From Octopus sinensis (Eukaryota): a stretch of DNA of 64,000 nt. The notes under the pieces are model-generated. The model was not told the DNA's origin and did no database searches. It saw only the letters and a program-made list of their open reading frames with translations. The position numbers and the translations under genes are program-made. Shown here in pieces: positions 24,501 to 36,500 of the stretch (position 1 is its first letter; every line of letters begins with the position of its first letter). Location: contig NC_043000.1 in assembly GCF_006345805.1 (NCBI RefSeq), positions 112,468,001 through 112,532,000 on the forward strand. The letters are read 5' to 3'.

Positions 24501-27500
24501 AACAGAATCTGTTGTCTTTTGTCACTTCTTCAGCCCTTTTCTGAAGTCTTAATCCATTCCCCCTTTCTTTCTCCAATTCATTTTGTAAAACCACTACTTT
24601 AACCTTCTTACATTTAACCCTTTTGTTACTAACCCGGCCAAAACCAGCTCTTGCTCTGTGGTAAAATGTCTTGTTTTCATAAGTTTTGAATTAAAATATT
24701 CCACCAATCCTTAGTCAAAATTTATGTTCCTAACACTAACTTGATGATAACTAAGTTATTTTACTAAATTCTTTGTTATAGTTAAAATAATTGAAAGAAA
24801 CACAGAACATCTCAACAGAAATATGGTAACAAAAGGGTTAAAATATATAATAGAGAAACAATTCTTAACCCTTTTGTTACCAACCTGGCTGAAACTGTCT
24901 CTGGCTCTGATTACAAATGCCTTGTTTTCATAATTTTTGAATTGAAATCTTCCACCAAACCTTAGTCACAATTTATGTTGCTAACACTAGCTTAATGATA
25001 ACGAAGTTATTTTACTGAATTTTTTGTTATATTTAAAGTAATTGAAAGAAATACAGAGCATCTCAAAATAAATACGCTAACAAAAGGGTTAAACTAGTCA
25101 TATCAGGCCTAAATATTCTACCTATTTTAGGCTCGCACTGGCCAGTTCCAGCCCTACCCCCAAACCTACCCCTACAATGTCATTCTAGAAATATACAATC
25201 ACAGCGTCAAAATCATGAAGCTATAAGATAATGCAAGATTAATTAAAAGCAATGAGAATAATTAAGCTAATTACATTTGACAGAATAATCTGAAAGCTAA
25301 AGGGTTAAACAGGAAATAACCAAAGCTATTTGAATAAAATTTTGGATATTGTTGAATGTTTTGGCAGTAAATTATTGGAAATTAGTTTAAAAGAACCAAT
25401 TACAAAAATGTCCAAATTGTTCTTTCGATTCTAATACCAATTTTATTTTCTGTTCCAGTTGAAGAACCACATTACACAATTCCTGGCAGAGCTTCTAAAG
25501 TGAGATCACACCCCTCCTGGCAAGACCAGCTGGATTGTTCTCCTGCTCTGCTGGCGTACTCAAATGCTGATGGCGTCGGTAACATGGCTTACAATCCAAA
25601 GCCTGATGTAGATAACTGGGTTGCCTCTCAGGGACCATCTTCAGACCCTCTGTTACCTGCTCGGCTGAAACCAGCCAAAGAGAAAAACTTCAACCATAGC
25701 AAAGAGGCTGAGAGAGGTGACCAACATAATATCAAAATGAGTTCCCCATGTCGTGGTGGCTCGCATGGGAAGCAGACGTCTCGGATACTGGAAGAACCAA
25801 TGATATTGGATCCTACTGATCAATATGGTGGTGACATCAGCAGAGAAGAGTCAAGTCTACAACAGCTCTTTAAGAGAAGCTCTATGCCCACTGAACAGTC
25901 GGCTACATTTCCTCGTAGTCGGCATAGCTCTGGGGCCAGCAATCCAGATGACTCATTGAGACAATTTGGCGTTGACCAAAGTTTCACTCTGCCCGACAGA
26001 CCTTCAAGTGTGAACAGTGCTCGCCAGGAAGGTTTACCAGTTGTTCCATTGACCCAGACCGATGAAATCGAACTTCGGCGGTGTTTTTCCAGAGAGGGCA
26101 GCATTGCGAGTAATCGGAGTTCCGGTGACTTCTCTGATCACGAGTCTCAGAAAATTCACCGTGACCATAAAGCTAAAGAATCAAAAGATCCGAAAGATAC
26201 ATTCATACTTACAGACTCTATGAAGTTGAAAGATCCCTTAATGAAGCCCCTTTTCAACTCTGGTCCCATCATGGAGGAGATTCTTGATAAATCCAAAACC
26301 ACAAACTTTGCTCAGATCAAAAAGATGCGAGACATGAGCGGCCCTTTAACGTCTTTAGTTTATATGCAAAGGGGTCAAGAACCTGATTCCCCGAGCAAGG
26401 TTCCACTTAAAGATCCATTCCAGAAAAAGGATGAAGAGAAAAGCAACAAGGCCCATCAAATAACCTGGCAGCAAAATTCTCGACGTTCGCATGTCACAAC
26501 ACCAGAAAGTCCATCAGAGGGTCAACACTCACAGTCTGACCAGGTGAATATTCGTATGAAACTAGAAGAAAGGAGAAAACAGATTGAACAAAAGAAATTT
26601 GATTTAGAACGGCAACAAACCAAAATAAGACACCAAGTTGGCAAAGAGGCCTTTCTACATATGGTAGCAAGTCAATCATCTGCTGGAATTGATAAGAACG
26701 GGCAGGTTTCAGGTGGAATTCCTGCAAATATACGGCGCTATATGAGACAGAATTCTAGTGGTGAGAACATTACTGGTGAAGATTCTTCACATTTTGTTTC
26801 CCAGCGACCTTCTCATAAACCCTTTTCACGGGAAGAGATCCAACGTACCATTGAAAATGCACGCAAGAAATGGTTAAACGAATCTGCAGGAACCAAGACA
26901 AATGCAAATGATTCTTATGAATCTGAAGTAAATGAACAATCAGTCAGGCAAGCTTCCAGCTCACCACTTCACGAACCTTTCAGACGGGAACCGGTCAGGC
27001 ATGAGGCTGTTCCTATACGTCAGGAGCCAGTGAGGCATGAGGCTGTCCCTATACGCCAGGAGCCCATGAGACACGAGGCTGTCCCGATGAGACAGGAACC
27101 AGTCAGGCATGAAGCGGTCCCTATACGTCAGGAACCCGTGAGACATGAGGCTGTCCCTATACGACAAGAGCCTGTCAGACATGAAGCAGTTCCACTACGG
27201 CACGAAGCCCTTCCAATTCGGCACGAAGCCCTTCCAATTCGGCACGAAGCCCTTCCAATTCGGCACGAAGCCCTCCCTATTCGACAAGAGGCTCATCAGC
27301 GTGATGCTGTACATCATGAATCATTCCCAGTTAGGCCAGATACAGTTCATCATGACCCAATCTCTCTGAGACAAGACTCTATAGCACATGAAGCTGCTGT
27401 TGTTAGGCCCCAGCCTGTCGTTGCTGTGCAACCAGGTATAAGAGATAGCTCTTCAAATCGTGCCAGTCCTGATAGAAGGCAAGATCCAACAAACAGTGCT

Positions 27501-29618
27501 GAAAGAGAGGAGAATTATGGAAATTACAATAATTCTTTGGACAGGTTTGTACAAACTTTGGTTCCATTTTCTTGCATAAAGTTGCTATCATTTGTTTGTC
27601 ATTTTATTGAAAATCTTAATTTAGTATCAATAATTATTAATTTGTATTCATAAACATTCAATTATTTTTATCGATAGAATTGGAGCTTTTTTTATTTTTC
27701 ATATTGTACGGAATAATTCTTAATTTGTATTTTAATCTCTTTTAAATATTCAAAACACAAAGAACAACTATTTTTGAAGGTGATATTTATTTTTTTTATT
27801 ACATTTTTATTGAAGCCACATTTAATTCAATAGATCCACATCTATTTATATGTAATTAAAACTAGGTTTGTACCAACAGGTCTATTTATGTCCTTATGCA
27901 GATATTGAGGTTGTTAGCTCTGTTGGTGCTTAGCTGCGGGTTAGCCTTTGGTCAACTTAGGACAGCTATAATTACCTACACAGGATCAAAATGATGCTGG
28001 TCCTTTGTGGATCACATCCCTACTTCTCAACACAGTCATCGTTTCTCTCAATAGCAATGTTCCACCTTCGAATGAGAGCATGTATCCCTGCCCCGTAAAA
28101 TTCTGTAGACTGTTCTTTGAGCCACTTCTTCACTACAATTTTCACTTCCTCATCACTGGAATAATGTTTGTCTCTCAAATCCTCTTTCATGGGGCCGAAG
28201 AGATGATAGTCCAGTGACAAGGAAGTGAAAGCTGTAGTGAAGTGGCTCAAAGAACAGTCAACAGAATTTTACGGGGCAGGGATGCATGCTCTCATTCGAA
28301 GGTAAAACATTGCTATTGAGAGAAACGGTGTCTATGTTGAGAAGTAGGGATGTGATTCACAGAGGACCAGCTTCATTTTGATGTATGATACATGTTCCTG
28401 TGTTGGTAATTATACCTGTCCTAAACAAAATGGCATTACTTTTTGACTCACCCTCGTAGAAGAAATATGAATATATTTAGTTAAAAATAAGGTCATTTTT
28501 TTACAAATTACTTTTCTTTGCATATATAGAATTAATTTGATGTGCAGATATGTCACATGGACTGTTTTCTAGTTTAATATTTAAACACCTTTCAACAGGT
28601 AGGTATTCAATCATTGAAGTATTGATTATAAGAAGTTGTAATGCGAGTTTGATATTTGTTGAAATATTTTTTTCTATTTTGAGCAGATTAAACCGAAGTT
28701 TGACGGATTTGCAGGGCGAAATAATGAAGCTCTCCTTACAGCAACAGCAACAGCTAAAGAGTCAGACGTTGGACAAGTCGCATCCAAAACCGCACGGGGC
28801 TTTACCGAATGTCTCTACCGCAGGCATTGTACCCACTCAACATGGTGAGCTGCATTTGCAGTGCCAAATTCCTTTCTCTGCGGCCCCCGGGGGTCATATG
28901 GCTGGAAGTTCAGAACAACCTCCCTCTTATATAGCCTTAGGTCAATATCCCCCTCATATGGACACTACTGGACATTTTAACCCTAGCTGTGTGGTACAAC
29001 AGCCAGGCTATGCCACACCACCTTTGATACCACCAGTGTATCATACTCCTACGTCTTATCAACCTCACTTTCCTCAGGCGTCCCCTTATCAGCCAACCTA
29101 TCCAGGTTTGTGCACGATTGAACAATGTACTTCCTGTATATATATCTCTCTATTATATATTAGTCTAGCTTTCACTCTCCTTCTGCGCATCTCTTCAACT
29201 AATCATAACCTCATATCACCACTTGTATTGTTATCTACAGCTTCAACTTCCTTACACCCGTTGCAAATTTGTTCATTACTCACCAACATTGCTACCCTGA
29301 ATGTGTGTCAGGCCATTTTAAAGAATTTCTGAAATTCGTCAACTATTAACGTTTTCTCTCCCCAGTGTGACCCCTAAATTTCATCTCCGACTAATCTTTT
29401 ATTCAAAGGTTCTTTCACGACGTCCGTACTAACAAAACATATTTGTTTTTACATGTAAAACATTTAGGGATTTGACTTCAATAGTTCCCTAATATGCTGT
29501 AGTTTTAAAGGTCAGTCTTGTATTTTCCCTGGTACCAGACTTTTTTTTCTTTTTAAAGGTTTTTATATTTTAAGGTAAATATAGGAACAACAAGTGGTGT
29601 TTAGTTATCGTCTTCATA

Positions 29619-29654
<36 letters not shown>

Positions 29655-32600
29655 ACACACACACACAGAGACACACAGGTTCGTTTATAGATCATTAGTT
29701 TTTAAAGTATTAATGATTTGTTTTGGAGAGAGAGTGAGGGAGAAGGAGAAATTAATTTATACAGTGCTGAAATTTTTTGATAGGAAAATTGTGGATTTTT
29801 AGGCAATGATGAAAGAACAGTACAGTTGGTGTCAGGGTCTGAGCCATATCGTTTTATTTTGCTAATTGCTTAATCATAGGAAGTAGGCCTTGAAGAGAAT
29901 ATTTTTTTTTTCTGTTAACGGTTGATAAACAGATATCAGAATGTATTGAACTGCTTGTCACTGTGTATCTATCAAGTAAATTGTCTGTGTTTTAAATTTT
30001 GATATAACCTCTAGCTGTATATATATATATGTGTGTGTGTGTTGGTGTTGGCTGGTTGAATTTAACCCCCAAGTGATAGAGGCCACTACTTCAGTGTCCG
30101 CAAAGATCTGAAAATTCCAGGTAGATCTGATTTCCCACATGAGTTGATACGGCAAAACATTGAACTAAGAACACCATGCATCTGTGAAGCTGCCAAACCC
30201 TCCTTTGTCTGAGCAATCAGTTTGTACAGTCATCATCATCATCATCGTTTAACGTCCGCTTTCCATGCTGGCATGGGTTGGACGGTTTGACTGAGGGCTG
30301 GTGAACCAGATGGCTGCACCATGCTCTAATCTTGATCTGGCAGAGTTTCTACAGCTGGATGCCCTTCCTAACGCCAACCACTCCGAGAGTGTAGCGGGTG
30401 CCTTTTACGTGCCAGTCAGGCGGTACTGGCAACGACCTCGCTCGAATCTTTTACACATGTCACCGGCACAAGTGCCAGTAAGGCGATGCTGGTAATGATC
30501 ACGCTCGAATGGTGCCTTTTACGTGCCACTGGCACAGAGGCTAGATAGCTGCTCTGGCAACGATCACGCTCGGATGGTGCTCTTAATACCCTACTAGCAT
30601 GGGGCTCAAGTGCCAGTAAGGCGACGCTGGTAACGATCACGCTCGAATGGTGCCTTTTAAGTGTCACTGGCACAGAAGCTGGTTAGCCGCTCTGTCAATG
30701 ATCACACTCATGTGGTGCTCTTTGCACCCTGCTAGCACGGACGCCACACACACACATATATACTCATGTTGGTGTTGACTAAAATATATTCTATTAGTTT
30801 TGATCAGTCAATGTTGTATAAATGCCATTACACAGTTGTCTAACAAGAATATCATGCTATCACATTTGTTAAATGAGTTTCATGAAGATTTTAAATATGA
30901 ACTCTCCCGTAATGTAGCATGTCAAATTGTGTGTGCGCGATAGTATTAAGAGTTATTCTGCATTGCTCATATTTCTAATCTAAATTACTGTACATATGAG
31001 TGCAACATGTGAGTGCAAGCTGCTGAGGGAGAGTTGGAAGTGAGTGTGGATTGGATAATTGTGTGTGTGTATGTGTGTGTGTGTGTGTGTGTAGAAGAGA
31101 TGACTTGGTATAGATGTGTTGTATAAATGTTTGAATCCTGCCAGGTAGAACAATGTTATGAGCTGGTAGGAAATGGTTATCTTGGGTAGAGGCAGACTGA
31201 AGAAGACTTGGGACTCGGAACCGTTGTTCTCAACAGTTGCAGATATTTCCGCATTTACTGTACGACAGGCTTATTTAAAATATCTGTCAGCATGGAAGAA
31301 CATGTGTTCAAGTAAAACAAAGACGATCAATACAGTTCTATGTTTAAGAAATAAGGAATTATTTACATTTGACGGATATTTGTCCTCATCTTGTTTGTTG
31401 TTAACACAACATTTCGGCTGATATACCCTCCAGCCTTCATCAGGTGTCTTGGGGAAATTTCGAACCTAGGTTCTCATTCCTAAGGTATTTTTTGATGTTA
31501 TTATTATTATTATTATTATTCAGGTCACTGCCTGGAATCGAACTCAGGGACGGTATTCCACTGACACAAAATGTTTACCAACTTCTGCTTCCCTTGCTGT
31601 CTTTGGCATTTCGATCAGCCTGTCTTATAATTGTAGACAGTGCTGCAGATTGAGAGAATTCTCAAAAATTCTCTAAAACCTGTTAAACCAGTTTATGGAA
31701 TGATTGAATTTAAGGAATGGCCACAAAGTGATGTGATTTTACTAGATTACAATACACTTCTTTATTTGTCTGATTTTTGAGATGGGGGAATTACCATTAT
31801 TATTAAAGGCAGTGGAGCTGGCACACGGGACAAAATGCGTAGCAGCATTTCATGTGTCCTTATATTCTGAGCTCAAATACCACTGAGGTCGACTTTGCTG
31901 TTCATCCTTCCCGTTGAGCACTTAGAACAATGTAATCAATGTACCCTCTCCTCCAAAATGCTGGCCTTGTGCTGAAATTATTATTATTATTATTATTATA
32001 ATAATGATGCTGATAATAAAAAAAAAATGGTGAGCTGGCAGAATCGTTAGCATGCTGGGCAAAATGCTTAGCGACATTTTGTCCATTTTTACGTTCTGAG
32101 TTCAAATTCTGCTGAGGTCGGCTTTGCCTTTCATCCTTTCGGAGTTGATAAAACAAGTTTGAGTTAAGTACTGTGGTCAATATAATCGACTAGTCCCCCC
32201 CCGACCCCAAATTTCAGGCCCCGTGTGCCTATAGCAGAAAGGATTGTTATTATTACGCATTGATACATCCAGACTATTGTGCTCATCTTGGTTTTTACAG
32301 TCTCAACATTTCAGCTGTGGTACCTTCTAGCTTTCTTCAGATGTCTGTTGTAATCGGTAAATTCGGAGAATTTGGAATTGAACCTTTTATTAAATGCACA
32401 AGGATAGATTTTTCAAAGTCTTCCTAAATACTGTTATTAGAACAACCAAAATGAGGGCACTAGTTTGAATATCTCAGTGTTTTATAGTTGTATATTTCCT
32501 TCAAAAGGTTGAGATGTTTTCATCATCATTATCAGCATCTAAGATCTGTTTTCCATGCTGGCAAGGCCAGGAGTAGCACCAGGGCCTATTAGTCTGTTTT

Positions 32601-33477
32601 GGTATGGTTTCTGTGGCTGGAAGCCCTTCCTAACTCTGACTACTTTACAAAGTGTACGGGATGGTTTTTTTATGTGGCACCAGCACTGGTGCTTTTTACA
32701 TGACGCTTAGAGGGTCACCAAATAACTTGCAAGACAAAAACTTCCCAGCTGAGAGAGGGAGACCCTGAGTTTACTTAGCTCAATGTGTCTTCCCCAGTAC
32801 AGCAAATCCCCTTTGTGAGGCTTAACATCTGAGATTGTGTTCTTTCATTTTCTCAGTTTTATGGTTACAAAACTTTTATTATTGGAAGTGGGTGCAAATG
32901 CCTCTAAGTTCCTATCTACATTCTGAGTTCAAATCTTACTAGGACTGATTTTGCCCTTCATTCTTCTGGGATGTCAATTAAATGAATACAACCCAAATGC
33001 CACTAGGGTAGATTTAATCAAACCTATTTCTTCTTGATGTCCACCCTTTCGGTTATCTCTTATTATAACATGCAAGGATACATCATAGTGGAATGTTAAC
33101 AGTCAATATTATTGATCTAGTTCAGGTGGTAATCAATATTATTGATCTAGTTCAGGCAGTGAGCTGGCAGAAATTGTCAGCGTGCTGGGGAAAATACTTA
33201 GCAGCATTTCCGTCCGTTTTTATGTTCTCAGCTCAAATTCTGCCAAGTTCAACTTGGTCTTTCATCCTTTCAGGATTGATAAAAGAAGTACCAGTTATGC
33301 ATTGGGGTTGATGTAATTGACTTCACCCCTATCTTGTAATTGCTGGCCTTGTGCCAAAATTTGAATCTAATATTACTAGTCTAGTTACGTTCATTAAAAA
33401 GGATGTATTTTTTTTTTTTCTCAAAGTATATTTTTCAATCTCTGATGTTGGAAATTTAAAGAATTTTTTTTTACTAT

Positions 33478-33514
<37 letters not shown>

Positions 33515-36500
33515 TTTTCTTTAACCCTCCCCTCACTAAAACCAATGTCCAAAATTCAAAGATAATTTTTCAAGCCTCTGTTCTAATTGCTTCTTTTGCT
33601 CAGCTGACAATTTTGTTGATTTCCAGTTTTTCTTGTGTTATTTCCATCTCTAAGACTTTGGTCTCGTGAGATTTGGATAAACCATCTAACCGTTCACTGT
33701 TGAGTTTTGGAGCCAGGTTACTGTAACTAATAATGGCCTGGCACACATCTCACCATTGCTTTTTTTTGTTTGTTTCTGCTATTTGCTTGATCCTCTCCTC
33801 TTGGTGGGAAGCACTGTTTTTTTTTCCGTGTGGTTTCTATTTTTTTTCTGCAGTAAACAACACAAACGCAATTGCAAAAGAGTTAGTTGGCTGTTCTCAT
33901 TGCTATAATTACTTTAGTCTCGCCTCTATTTCCATGTCAGCACGTTGCTATTTTATCATGTACATATTTTATTGTTGTAGATGGAGAAATATGAAGCTTT
34001 TGAAATTCTTTGGTTCTTTTTTTTTTTTTTTTCTCTTTTTCATATTTTTAATTTGCTTTGTTTTTGTAAGTCTTCTGTTTCTTTCCAGTTTTCTCTTATA
34101 CTGGAAGCTCTGTTTCGTAAATCCTAACAGAAAGGAATATACTCACTTAAAGCCTGTTCCGATTCTGATGAAGCTTGATCTCAACTTGCGGACGAAAAGC
34201 TGTTTCGATAGAAGATTCAAAAATCTTGACAGCAGTGAAACCTCAAAATTCCAAAAAGACACAACCTCAAGAGAGTTTGTTGCCATCAGCTTAGATTTCT
34301 AATGTTTTCCACCGAAATCCATTCTTGAACAAAGATTAACCTTATGAATTTGTAGAATTTCTCTGATATTTCTAACCTCTCTTTCTTTTTCCCTTTTTTC
34401 TCTCGTTTCTTACAACATAATTGATAATAACGTATCTCTTCTATTTTTCTTCTTTGTCTCTTCAAGCTTCAGAAATGCCAGACTTTCCACCAACATCAAT
34501 TTTGGTCCTGAAACTGGCTTCATTGTTTTATTCTCTCCTTTTCCTTTTTAATCACACGTCACTCTCTAATTTTGTGTATGTTACAGAATTTCAACCTGTA
34601 AATTTATTCTATGATCTTGTGAAAGCTCCATTAAAAAGAGAATGGTGGAATTATATTCTTCACTAATAGCATTAGTATTTCAAGATGGATATTATTTTAA
34701 AATATTATTAATTAATCAAGATAATCCATCATTCTTTTGGTCAGTTTTTTTTTTTTTATTTCAGTGAAAATACCTATTTTTTATAAAAATTTTTTTAAAG
34801 AAATATTTGCTGATTTTGTGTTCTTACCAAATATTTTAACTCTGGAAGGAAATGGAAAACTCCAATCTATAAGGCTATTGTTATTGTTATCAGTTCAACA
34901 TAATCTGTTTGCTTGCATGAATTTATTAACCCTCATGCTGACTTAATCTCTTAATGCTAATGCATGCGACTCAGTTGAGCTGTTTTAAAGAAACATTATG
35001 AAGATTTCTGCCAAATTAAACCAGCTTAGATTTCTCAAGATGGTGTTGATTAAGCGTGATTGGTTTTTGATGCTGTTGCAACTCTATAGGATGACAGACC
35101 CTATTAATGGTAATTAATTCTCCCTGAATACCTGGCGCTTTTACTCCAGCTAGGGAGAGACTGACACCCGGCGTACCCGAAAGATATAGCAGTATCTCTG
35201 ACAGGCTTTGAAATTGTGTGACAAAATTTGTTGTAGAAAAGAGGTTGAATTTTGTATTTGGTCACTTGTTGGTCAAATCGTAACCTCTAACCCCTTGCAC
35301 TCCATTTGATATGTAAATATTGTCTGGAGTAGGGAAGGGTATGGTTGGAGGGCAGACCTGATTTGGTAGTTGAAGACTGTTTTTACGTTGTGTACTTTAG
35401 AAGGTTTTTCTAAAGAAGGTTCCATCTTGAGGTGAGGGTCACTTTTGACCCTGTCACAATGAACACCAAGCATCATCACCTGCACTGTGCAATCACATGC
35501 ATGCATCACATGCACAAATGCCACTCTTGTGCACAGACATACAACACTCACGTGTGCACACATGCAATATTTACTCACGAGTGATACACATGCACACTCC
35601 ACACTCAACAATAAATGAGCAGAAGGTCTCTCTCTATAATTGTTGTTGTTGTTGTTTAGTGTCCGGTCAGTGCTGCTGGTTGTTCAACGGCAGCAGGATC
35701 AAAGATGGTCAAGCTGGAATCACTCCAGCTGAACCATTTAGCATATAAACTGACCATATCCAGCCCAAATATTCTTCTTCTTTTATGTTCAGTCCAACCA
35801 TATCCAGCCTCTCACACCTACCCTGCAGTTGTGGAGGCACATGGCTTAGTGGTTAGAGCAGCGGACTCGCGGTCGAGGGATCGCCGGTTCGAATCTCAGA
35901 CCGGGCGATGTGTGTGTTTATGAGCGAAACACTTAAGCTCCACGCAGCTCCGGCAGAAGGTAATGGCGAACTTCTGCTGATTCTTTCGCCACAACTTTCT
36001 CCCACTCTTTCTTCCTGCATCTTGCAGCTCACCTGCAATGGACTGGCGTCCCATCCAGGTGGGGAACCTATACGCCAGGAAACCGGGAAACTGGCCCTTA
36101 TGAGCCAAGCATGGCTCGAGAAGGAACAAAACAAAAAACAAAAACCTACCCTGCAGTGCCATTCAATGAACACACATTCGCCTCACTGACACCTCAAAGC
36201 TATGAGATAATACACGATTAATCCAAAGCAATGTGAATAGATAAGCATTAAGTTTGACAGAGTAATCTGAATGCTGAAAGGGTTAAAGCATTACTTAGGA
36301 CTACATTCTCCAATGTGCCCAATAATTTTTAAAGGCATATGGTATGACATGGAGATTTGGTTGCTATTTCTACCAAGCTGAAATTCCACATAGAATCTCC
36401 CTCCCTTGCTTGAGAGAATATATAGTAGTGACCTACCATCGGAGAGATGGTATTGTAGAATATGGAGAGATAGCTTGTTGGTAGGATTTGCCTTGACTGG

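Noticed and set aside
27545-27653. ORF-track extensions of exons into introns (also 29106-29332 and 44342-44518)
   Set aside because: Read-through past good donors into AT-rich intron; the spliced model continues the conserved coiled coils.
33103-33156. 24-bp direct duplication; also a 14-bp duplication near 52980
   Set aside because: Ordinary local slippage duplications with no further structure.
33733-34302. 189-aa hydrophobic ORF
   Set aside because: Driven by T-rich low-complexity sequence; no recognisable motif and no clean splice integration.
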